From Paenibacillaceae bacterium (GTDB lineage Bacteria > Bacillota > Bacilli > Paenibacillales > UBA4045), in the NCBI GenBank assembly GCA_040880185.1, contig JBBDIY010000058.1, positions 8,046-72,045 of the forward strand: 64,000 nucleotides of DNA, in the 5' to 3' direction. This document shows positions 18,296-26,235 of the stretch, piece by piece; the stretch's first letter is position 1, and the number at the start of each line of letters is the position of its first letter. The notes below the pieces were generated by a model that was given only the letters and a program-made list of their open reading frames with translations, did not search any database and had not been told where the DNA came from. A program made the position numbers and the translations under genes.

Positions 18296-18361
18296 TCGAT
18301 ACGGATCGACTTCCAATTAAACACACTTGCTACTCGATACGGATCGACTTCCAATTAAACT
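18296..18361. repeat. Two perfect 28-bp direct repeats (CTCGATACGGATCGACTTCCAATTAAAC), 38-bp period, in the marR-ABC promoter region
   Basis: Copies at 18296-18323 and 18334-18361, 47 nt upstream of the MarR start. Confidence 0.9.
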
Positions 18362-18407
18362 CCCTTGTTAGTCACGACAGTTTAATTTCCAGAGGAGGTA
18401 GTTAACC

Positions 18408-18848
18408 ATGAATTCAGCTGTGGCTCAGAAGCTACTTAAATCCTTCATGCATTTCAATAGAGCTTATTGGCAGCAGAAGGAAGTGCTGGAATACAAGAAT
18501 AGCGAAGTAATGATGCTCATGTGCATTAAGAAGAATGATAAAATCGATTCCCCAGGGTTAATGGTATCGGAAATTAGTCACCTTCTCCAAGTGACTTCTC
18601 CCACGGTTACTCAATTACTCAAAGGTATGGAGAAGAAAGAATTAATCGAGCGTAATCTGGATCAGGTGGATCGACGTGTAGTTCGCATTAAGCTCACAGA
18701 TCAAGGAAAGCTTATAACCGAACAAGCAGAAGCGGCGTTCCGTGCATCATTCAGTGGGTTGATAGAGCATTTAGGTGAGGAAGAGAGCAATCAGTTAGCT
18801 GATTTATTAGCTAAAGCGTATTTATTCTTTAAAGAATCGAGCAGATAA
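18408..18848 (+). CDS. MarR family transcriptional regulator
   Basis: 146 aa, winged-helix block VSEISHLLQVTSPTVTQLLKGMEKKELIERNLDQVDRRVVRIKLT. GGAGG RBS. Confidence 0.85.
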   Translation: MNSAVAQKLLKSFMHFNRAYWQQKEVLEYKNSEVMMLMCIKKNDKIDSPGLMVSEISHLLQVTSPTVTQLLKGMEKKELIERNLDQVDRRVVRIKLTDQGKLITEQAEAAFRASFSGLIEHLGEEESNQLADLLAKAYLFFKESSR

Positions 18849-18873
18849 TAAGGAAGATGGAGATGAATAACAA

Positions 18874-20607
18874 ATGATCCGACTATTCAGATTTCTGAAG
18901 CCATTCCGTGTTCAGATAGGGTTTGTCTTAATACTGGTGTTCCTGCAATGTCTTGCAGAGCTATACTTACCAACCTTAATGAAGGACATTGTTAATGTAG
19001 GCATCGTGGAAGGTGATGTCTCTTATATTATGAAGATTGGCGGATTTATGCTGTTAGTCACACTCGCAGGGACCTTTTTTACCGTCTTAGCAAGCTTCTA
19101 TTCGGCCAAGGTGGCTATGGGCTTCGGGCGAATCGTCAGAGGTAAGGTGTTCACTCATGTAGAGAACTTCTCCTTACAGGAATTTGATAAGATCGGTACA
19201 GCTTCTTTAATTACAAGAACGACCAATGATATTACCCAAGTGCAGCAAGTGTTGATCATGATCATGAGAATGATGATTATGGCACCGATGATGTGTATTG
19301 GCGGCATTATCATGTCAATTTATGTAGATGCCAAGCTTTCATTGGTGCTCATCGTAGTTATTCCTTTTCTTGCACTTGTAATTTGGTTAATTGCTAGCAA
19401 AGGTATTCCCTTATTCAGAGCGATGCAGATAAAGCTAGATAAGCTGAATCTAGTGCTCCGTGAAAGCCTCACAGGTATCCGTGTACTCCGTTCGTTCAAT
19501 CGGATCGATCATGAGAAACAACGATTTGATAAGGCGAACTTGGATTTGACCGACACAGCCATTAAGGTGAATAAGATTATGGCCTTCATGATGCCTGCTA
19601 TGATATTAACACTCAACCTTACATCGATTGCGATTATTTGGTTTGGCGCGCTACGGATTGATAGTGGACATATGTTCGTAGGTGATTTGATGGCGTTCAT
19701 TCAATATGCCATGCAAATTCTATTCTCCTTAATCATGGTATCTATGATGTTCGTTATGATTCCAAGAGCAACCGTATCATCAGTTCGAATTAATGAAGTA
19801 TTAGATATGCATCCAGATATTATTGATCCTATTCAGGCAAGGTCACTCGGTACACAGCGTGGGTATGTCGAATTCCGCGATGTAAGCTTCAGCTATCCTG
19901 GAGCAGAGCAACCGGCGATTTCTAATATTTCATTCAGCCTAGTGCCTGGCGAAGTGACAGCGATTATAGGCGGTACAGGGTCGGGTAAATCAACTATGCT
20001 GAATTTGATCGTCCGTTTCTATGATGTGAACCAGGGTAGCATCTTGGTAGATGGTATAGATGTGCGAGAGATGTCTCAGGAGACGCTCAGAGCTAAGATC
20101 GGCTATGTCTCACAGACGTCACTGCTATTCACGGGGACGATCGCTGAGAATATTCGTTACGGCAAAGCTGATGCCACAGACGAAGAGGTGCAACGCGCTG
20201 CAGAGACAGCTCAAGCTACCGAGTTCATTACGGGAATGAACGAAGGCTTTGAAGCCGTAATCGCACAGGGGGGGACGAATGTATCGGGCGGACAGAAGCA
20301 GCGGCTCTCTATTGCGCGTGCGTTAGTTAGGAAACCGGAAATCTACTTGTTTGATGATAGCTTCTCTGCGCTCGACTTCAAAACCGATGCGAAGCTTCGC
20401 GCAGCACTTCACCAAGAAACCGCACAGTCGACGATGCTCATTGTTGCTCAACGAGTAAGTACCGTTATGACAGCAGATCGTATTATCGTCATGGACGAGG
20501 GACAATTGGTCGGTATGGGGAATCATCGAGAGCTTATGAGTTCCTGCGAAGTATATCGCGAAATTGTATTCTCGCAATTGTCTGAGGAAGAGGAGGAGTC
20601 CGCATGA
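18874..20607 (+). CDS. ABC exporter, fused permease/ATPase (heterodimer partner 1)
   Basis: 6-TM type-1 exporter domain. Walker A GGTGSGKST, signature VSGGQKQR, Walker B YLFDD. Confidence 0.9.
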   Translation: MIRLFRFLKPFRVQIGFVLILVFLQCLAELYLPTLMKDIVNVGIVEGDVSYIMKIGGFMLLVTLAGTFFTVLASFYSAKVAMGFGRIVRGKVFTHVENFSLQEFDKIGTASLITRTTNDITQVQQVLIMIMRMMIMAPMMCIGGIIMSIYVDAKLSLVLIVVIPFLALVIWLIASKGIPLFRAMQIKLDKLNLVLRESLTGIRVLRSFNRIDHEKQRFDKANLDLTDTAIKVNKIMAFMMPAMILTLNLTSIAIIWFGALRIDSGHMFVGDLMAFIQYAMQILFSLIMVSMMFVMIPRATVSSVRINEVLDMHPDIIDPIQARSLGTQRGYVEFRDVSFSYPGAEQPAISNISFSLVPGEVTAIIGGTGSGKSTMLNLIVRFYDVNQGSILVDGIDVREMSQETLRAKIGYVSQTSLLFTGTIAENIRYGKADATDEEVQRAAETAQATEFITGMNEGFEAVIAQGGTNVSGGQKQRLSIARALVRKPEIYLFDDSFSALDFKTDAKLRAALHQETAQSTMLIVAQRVSTVMTADRIIVMDEGQLVGMGNHRELMSSCEVYREIVFSQLSEEEEESA

Positions 20608-22487
20608 GTGAACAACGAAGGGATACCAAGCCGCCCATGGGTGGACCTCGACCAGGGGGATTCGGTGGTGGTCCATTCTCCGCCTTACCACCGCAGAAAG
20701 CGAAGAATTTCAAGGGCACGCTCAGAAGACTGATTGGTTATCTGAGACCTCATCGTATTAACCTGCTAGCTGTCTTCTTGACAGCCATCATCAGTACCGT
20801 GTTCGCTATCGTAAGTCCGAAGATCATGGGGAATATTACGACGAAGATATTCGAGGGGATCATGACCAAGGGCCAGCCTGGTGGTGGAATTGATTTCGAG
20901 TATATCATTCGGATCGTTCTAATCTTAATCGGATTGTATTTACTCAGTGCGTTATTCGGTTATATCCAACAATATCTGATGGCCGGAGTAGCACAGAAAA
21001 CGGTATATGATCTACGTAAAGAGGTCAATAATAAATTGTCACGGCTTCCACTAAAATTCTATGATTCACGTACACACGGAGAAATCCTCAGTCGTGTTGT
21101 GAATGATGTAGATAACATCAGTAATACACTACAGCAAAGTCTTACCCAACTCATTACATCGGTCGTAACCCTGATTGGTGTGGTCGTTATGATGCTAACG
21201 ATTAGCCCGTTGCTTACCTTGATTCTGATCCTGACTTTGCCTGCTAGCTTCATGGTGATTAAGGCGATTACGAAGCGATCACAGAAATTCTTCATGGGAC
21301 AGCAGAAGGAATTAGGCAAGCTAAGCGGACATGTCGAAGAGATGTACACAGGACACAAAATCATTAAAGCTTACGGCCGTGAGCACAGATCCATCGCAAC
21401 ATTCGCTGATATCAATGATGAATTGTATGTATCCGGTTGGAAAGCGCAATTCATCTCCGGCATTATTATGCCACTCATGACCTTCATTGGTAACATCGGT
21501 TATGTATTGATCTGTGTAGTTGGTGGTGTGCTCGTTACGAGGAATGCGATTCATATCGGCGATATTCAAGCATTCATTCAATATGCTCGTCAATTTACGA
21601 TGCCCATTGTACAGACTGCGAATATCGCGAATATCATTCAATCGACCATCGCTTCCGCTGAGCGAGTATTCGAAATTCTCGATGAAGAAGAGGAAGTGCC
21701 AGAGGCTGTCGATGGCATTGCTAAGATGATTACTGAGCCAAAAGGTGATGTGCGATTCGAGAATGTCAACTTTGGATATAAGGAAGAAGAGACACTTATA
21801 GACAACATGAACATCGATATCCATCAAGGCCAGACGATTGCCATTGTAGGCCCAACGGGTGCAGGGAAAACAACATTGATCAACCTATTAATGAGGTTCT
21901 ACGAAATTAATAAGGGCTCCATACGAATCGATGGGATCGACATCACAGAGCTGAAGCGCAGCAATCTGCGAAGTCTGTTCGGTATGGTGCTACAGGATAC
22001 GTGGCTGTTCAACGGTACCATCAGAGATAATATTGCCTATGGTCGTGAAGGTGCGTCGGAAGAGGATGTTGTTCAGGTAGCCGTAGCCGCACACGCCGAT
22101 CACTTCATTCGAACACTTCCTGATGGCTATGATACGGTTCTGAATGAAGAAGCTTCGAATATCTCCCAAGGCCAGAAGCAGCTACTGACGATCGCTCGGG
22201 CCATTCTGGCAGATCCGGCCATTCTTATTCTGGATGAAGCGACCAGCAGTGTAGATACGAGAACGGAGATTTATATTCAGAAAGCAATGCATGAGCTCAT
22301 GAAAGGTAGAACAAGCTTCGTGATTGCCCATCGACTTTCTACCATTAAGAATGCAGATCTCATCTTGGTCATGGACCATGGAGCCGTCATTGAGATGGGA
22401 ACCCACGATCAGCTACTTACTGAGAATGGCTTCTATGCAGAGCTGTACAACAGTCAATTTGCGAACAAAATAGAGCAAGTATCCTAA
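20604..22487 (+). CDS. ABC exporter, fused permease/ATPase (heterodimer partner 2)
   Basis: ATGA overlap with the upstream gene. Walker A GPTGAGKTT, signature ISQGQKQL, Walker B LILDEATS. Confidence 0.9.
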   Translation: MSEQRRDTKPPMGGPRPGGFGGGPFSALPPQKAKNFKGTLRRLIGYLRPHRINLLAVFLTAIISTVFAIVSPKIMGNITTKIFEGIMTKGQPGGGIDFEYIIRIVLILIGLYLLSALFGYIQQYLMAGVAQKTVYDLRKEVNNKLSRLPLKFYDSRTHGEILSRVVNDVDNISNTLQQSLTQLITSVVTLIGVVVMMLTISPLLTLILILTLPASFMVIKAITKRSQKFFMGQQKELGKLSGHVEEMYTGHKIIKAYGREHRSIATFADINDELYVSGWKAQFISGIIMPLMTFIGNIGYVLICVVGGVLVTRNAIHIGDIQAFIQYARQFTMPIVQTANIANIIQSTIASAERVFEILDEEEEVPEAVDGIAKMITEPKGDVRFENVNFGYKEEETLIDNMNIDIHQGQTIAIVGPTGAGKTTLINLLMRFYEINKGSIRIDGIDITELKRSNLRSLFGMVLQDTWLFNGTIRDNIAYGREGASEEDVVQVAVAAHADHFIRTLPDGYDTVLNEEASNISQGQKQLLTIARAILADPAILILDEATSSVDTRTEIYIQKAMHELMKGRTSFVIAHRLSTIKNADLILVMDHGAVIEMGTHDQLLTENGFYAELYNSQFANKIEQVS

Positions 22488-22610
22488 CGAATTGCTTAAC
22501 GAAATTATCGTTTGACAAAGCTAGGGAAATCATTTAGTATAATCTCATAAGTAACTTTAGTTTTTATATTAGATTTTATTAAGTAAGTGAATATGAGGAG
22601 GAGAAAGTAA

Positions 22611-23144
22611 ATGGCACAAACCAAATGGGCAGTAGATGTATCACACAGCAGTATTGATTTTTCGATTAGACACATGATGATCGCGAAGGTAAAGGGTACA
22701 TTCCATACCTTTGAAGCAGAGATTGAAGCTAATCCTGCAGACTTAACGACAGCCAAGATAAAATTCAGTATTGACGTAGCAAGCGTGGATACTCGTAACA
22801 CAGATCGAGATAATCATCTCCGTTCTGCTGATTTCTTCGATGTTGAGAATATGCCGAAGATGACCTTTGAAGCCAAGCAAATTACGAGATCTGATAGCAA
22901 TGAGTATGATGTTGTGGGAGATCTCACACTGCATGGTGTTACTCGATCAGAGAAATTTGCTGTAATCTTCGAAGGATCAGGTACAGATCCTTGGGGTAAT
23001 GAGAAGGTTGGTTTCAGTGCAACTGGAGCGCTCAACCGAAGTGACTATGGATTAACTTATAATGCAGCGCTCGAGACAGGCGGAATCCTAATCGGTGATG
23101 AAGTTAAGATTACGATTGAGATCGAAGCAGCGAAACAAGCATAA
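22611..23144 (+). CDS. YceI family (polyisoprenoid-binding) protein
   Basis: W..D.SHSSIDFSIRHMMIAKVKGTF...VDTRNTDRDNHLRSADFF is a typical YceI signature. Confidence 0.85.
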   Translation: MAQTKWAVDVSHSSIDFSIRHMMIAKVKGTFHTFEAEIEANPADLTTAKIKFSIDVASVDTRNTDRDNHLRSADFFDVENMPKMTFEAKQITRSDSNEYDVVGDLTLHGVTRSEKFAVIFEGSGTDPWGNEKVGFSATGALNRSDYGLTYNAALETGGILIGDEVKITIEIEAAKQA

Positions 23145-23164
23145 GGACTTAATAGGTCTATAAA

Positions 23165-23201
23165 AACAAGCGTCTCTGGGGGATTCCCGAAGACGCTTGT
23201 T
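23165..23201. terminator. Bidirectional terminator hairpin between the yceI-like and DUF2062 genes
   Basis: 11-bp stem AACAAGCGTCT/AGACGCTTGTT flanked by an A-run and a T-run. Confidence 0.7.
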
Positions 23202-23677
23202 TATTGAGCACTTCCTACCTTGCTTCTTAGATGACGCTTCTCCAGACGTTGCTTCCGATACCAATTCATCAGGATAAACACAATCCAGTAGCTAATAAAG
23301 GCAAATACGATTCCGGTAATGCCGCTTCCAATAAGGAAGGCAACCGCTCTTCCGCCGATCATCACACTATGAAACAGATCATGAACTACATAGTATCCAA
23401 TACTGTAATTCATATATAGAAAAGGGGCGGCAATCAGTTTCCCTGCGACAAAACCGATTAATGCTGCACTGAATCGGCCGCGTACTAGTCTTGTAAGTGG
23501 GTAGAGAAGCAAGAACGCTGCACCGAGAGTGGGCAAAGTAATGAATTCAATAAACAACCCGGCAGCAAAGCTGCGAGCAACTATGGATGCGGCACCGTGG
23601 ATTCGCAATAGCTTCAAGTAATAAAATTTTACGTATCTTTTGTATTGTCGACCTTTAGTACGTATAAATAATTTCAT
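23201..23677 (-). CDS. DUF2062 family membrane protein
   Basis: 158 aa. The N-terminal basic region followed by 3 TM helices is the DUF2062 pattern (RSFAAGLFIEFITLPTLG). Confidence 0.65.
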   Translation of the reverse strand: MKLFIRTKGRQYKRYVKFYYLKLLRIHGAASIVARSFAAGLFIEFITLPTLGAAFLLLYPLTRLVRGRFSAALIGFVAGKLIAAPFLYMNYSIGYYVVHDLFHSVMIGGRAVAFLIGSGITGIVFAFISYWIVFILMNWYRKQRLEKRHLRSKVGSAQ

Positions 23678-23729
23678 ATATGCACTTCCTCATCTTCTCC
23701 TTCTTCATTATACTTGCATAAAACAATAA

Positions 23730-23984
23730 AACCAAATACGCTTATTCGCTGGTGGCTCACAGGAGCTTAAGCCAGATAGCGCGATTATTCATATTGCTTT
23801 CCGTACAGATGATGTGGATGCAGCGATTGAGGTTGCTCGTGCTGCGGGTGCTGAGATTACTGTAGAACCGAAGGATGGGGCATTCAACACGAATCCGCCA
23901 ACACCAATTCGAATTGCCTTCTTCAAGGGTCCAGATGGAGAGGTCATCGAATTTTTCCAGAGCACGGGTGAGCGAAAGCTGTAA
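23730..23984 (+). pseudogene. VOC/glyoxalase-family C-terminal fragment (no start codon)
   Basis: Hand-translated frame open from 23730: ...GGSQELKPDSAIIHIAFRTDDVDAAIEVARAAGAEITVEPKDGAFNTNPPTPIRIAFFKGPDGEVIEFFQSTGERKL*. This is a second VOC module only, with no Met or RBS. Confidence 0.65.
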
Positions 23985-24087
23985 ACTGTGTGCTTGGCAT
24001 GCGATTAGATTATATAGATTATAGTTTTATATACATTCTTATTATCCATCAGATGTTCATGATTGGGATGTCACTTTTGTATTGACT

Positions 24088-24102
24088 TGATAATCATTCT
24101 CA
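24088..24102. promoter_or_regulatory. Fur box 1 (TGATAATCATTCTCA) adjacent to and overlapping by 1 nt a TTGACT -35-like element
   Basis: 13/14 of the specified positions match the Bacillus 7-1-7 Fur consensus TGATAATNATTATCA. Confidence 0.7.
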
Positions 24103-24126
24103 AGTAGACTAGAAACAGCGTGAAGA

Positions 24127-24141
24127 TGATAATGATTATCA
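24127..24141. promoter_or_regulatory. Fur box 2 (TGATAATGATTATCA), perfect 7-1-7 consensus
   Basis: Exact match to TGATAATNATTATCA, 26 nt upstream of the FTR1 permease start. Confidence 0.8.
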
Positions 24142-24166
24142 ATAAAGGTTTGGTAGGAGAGGTACT

Positions 24167-25633
24167 ATGGGTCGGGTGTTAGTTATTGTAACTGTGATAA
24201 TGTATGTTAACTTGATGTTCCTCCCAGGTTATGTAAGGGCGGCAAGTGAAGGTATAGAGAATATGAACCATGCGAAGACATTGGTTGCCCAATCACTGGA
24301 CGCAGCAAATCAGGACCTAGCTAAATCGAAGGACATATTCGAACAATTTCATATTCAGTGGTTGGATCAAGAAGCAACAGTCAAGATTGACTCGAAAGAT
24401 GCATACCATGATATCGAAACCGAGATGGGACAAGTCGATTACAGCTTCCTGATTAATAAACAAGATGAGGTAATCGTGGCGCTTCAGAATTTACAGGAAG
24501 TGCTTAATCAGTACACCAATGGGCAGTATGGAACAGGGTCTACTACTGAAGAAGATGTCAGTATGACACTTTCGGATTTTGTTAACCTTCTAGTTGAAGT
24601 CAAAGAGGAAGTGGTTAATCACGACCAAGAGAAAGCCTCCGATGGAATTAGCAAAGCTCGGGCTAACTGGCTTTCTGTTGAAGGAAGTGTGGTTGCTCAA
24701 TCTGCTTCCATCTACAGTGATTCCGAACGCGATTTGGTCATCGTTCATGCCCTGATTACCGATAAGAATTATGACGAAGCGGCACAATTATTAACGAAGA
24801 TGGTCTCTTATTTATCGCCACTCGCGCAGAAGTCCTCGTATACGATGTGGGATGCTGCTATGATTCCGATTCGTGAGGGTATGGAGGCTTTGTTAGTAGT
24901 CGGTTCGTTGCTTGCTTTTGTTAAGAAATCCAACAACGTCAAGGGTAAGATATGGATCTGGTCTGGCGTATTAGCAGGCCTTCTGATCAGTGCAATACTG
25001 GCCGTCGTGGTAAAGTTTGTATTCTCTTTGGGGGCATTTGGGACGAACAACTTTCTAATTGCCGGATGGACTGGGGTATTTGCGGCTATAATGCTCTTGT
25101 ACATGAGCTATTGGCTGCATAATAAATCGAATGTAAAGCAATGGAACCAATACATTCAAGACAAGACTCACGCAGCCTTAAGTACAGGAAGAATTATTAC
25201 CTTGGGTGCACTCTCGTTTCTAGCTGTATTCCGGGAAGGAACAGAAACCATATTATTCATTATTGGTATGGCGAATCAAATTAGTAATCAACAGCTACTA
25301 CTGGGAATCTTGACTGGGTTTGGTATTCTAGCACTGATTGCTGTTCTCATGCTATATGTCGGTATGAAATTACCAATACGTCCATTCTTTCTTGTATCCA
25401 GTCTGATCATATTCTATCTTTGCATCAAATTTACGGGGTTAGGAATCCATAGCTTGCAGCTCGCAGGTCTGGTGCCGAATTCGAACAGCGCCATACTGCC
25501 AAGCATAAGTTCCCTAGCATTCTTCCCGTCTTGGCAGAGCACTGTACCACAGATTGTCATAGCCTTTAGTGCTATTGTATTTCTTATTTGGAGTAAGGTT
25601 AGTAAGAAAGAAAGTTCGGAAATTACAAGTTAA
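24167..25633 (+). CDS. FTR1/EfeU-family iron permease with ~230-aa N-terminal extracytoplasmic domain
   Basis: Two REXXE motifs in TM helices (REGMEALL, REGTETIL). Signal-anchor N-terminus. Fur boxes upstream. Confidence 0.8.
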   Translation: MGRVLVIVTVIMYVNLMFLPGYVRAASEGIENMNHAKTLVAQSLDAANQDLAKSKDIFEQFHIQWLDQEATVKIDSKDAYHDIETEMGQVDYSFLINKQDEVIVALQNLQEVLNQYTNGQYGTGSTTEEDVSMTLSDFVNLLVEVKEEVVNHDQEKASDGISKARANWLSVEGSVVAQSASIYSDSERDLVIVHALITDKNYDEAAQLLTKMVSYLSPLAQKSSYTMWDAAMIPIREGMEALLVVGSLLAFVKKSNNVKGKIWIWSGVLAGLLISAILAVVVKFVFSLGAFGTNNFLIAGWTGVFAAIMLLYMSYWLHNKSNVKQWNQYIQDKTHAALSTGRIITLGALSFLAVFREGTETILFIIGMANQISNQQLLLGILTGFGILALIAVLMLYVGMKLPIRPFFLVSSLIIFYLCIKFTGLGIHSLQLAGLVPNSNSAILPSISSLAFFPSWQSTVPQIVIAFSAIVFLIWSKVSKKESSEITS

Positions 25634-25659
25634 CACAACTATTTGGAGGTATTCAATTT

Positions 25660-26067
25660 ATGAGAACGAAATATGGAATTCCATTCACTCTTCTAATCAT
25701 CGTTACTATAGTCCTTTCCGCTTGCGGTGCAAAGGATAATGCGGTCGACAATAAAGAAACTATTACCGTTGATCAAATCAAATCAGGGACGACGAATATG
25801 CTGGCAACGACAAGCGAACTGAAGAAGGAAATTGAGGCAGGCAACGAGAGCAAAGTGAAAGAGCTCGGACCTAAGCTTGAGGATGATTGGATTGCGTTCG
25901 AAGAGGGTGTTGAATCTAACTACGCTGATCTATACGCAAAGGTAGAGAAAAGCTTAGATCCCGAAATTGCTGGTTCACAGAAGAGTCCAATTGACAAACA
26001 GGTATTGTCGCAATTAAATGAAGAGCTTACTCAATCATTAAACGAACTGCTGCAAACGATTGAATAA
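25660..26067 (+). CDS. Lipoprotein of unknown function, co-transcribed with the iron permease
   Basis: Lipobox LSAC after a hydrophobic signal peptide. The mature part is helical and acidic. Confidence 0.7.
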   Translation: MRTKYGIPFTLLIIVTIVLSACGAKDNAVDNKETITVDQIKSGTTNMLATTSELKKEIEAGNESKVKELGPKLEDDWIAFEEGVESNYADLYAKVEKSLDPEIAGSQKSPIDKQVLSQLNEELTQSLNELLQTIE

Positions 26068-26084
26068 ACGATAACCACTCATTA

Positions 26085-26131
26085 CAAAGACTCCTCCGGG
26101 TTGGTATTCATAAACCCGCGAGGAGTCTTTG
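26085..26131. terminator. Long hairpin after the iron-uptake operon
   Basis: CAAAGACTCCTC/GAGGAGTCTTTG outer stem plus CGGG/CCCG inner stem. No clear U-tract follows. Confidence 0.4.
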
Positions 26132-26235
26132 CACGTGGATCATTTCCTTATAATCAATTAATCCATTGACCTATGGAAAATGGGGGTGTTATATTTTGAT
26201 TCACATATTGTTGTGTTAAGGAGGTTTCCGTCTGC

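Noticed and set aside
18296-18361. Possible CRISPR array (28-bp repeats); also the 51-bp repeats at 50859-51011
   Set aside because: There are only two copies with a 10-bp spacer here. At 50.9 kb the repeats are directly abutting with no spacers. No cas genes are in the window.
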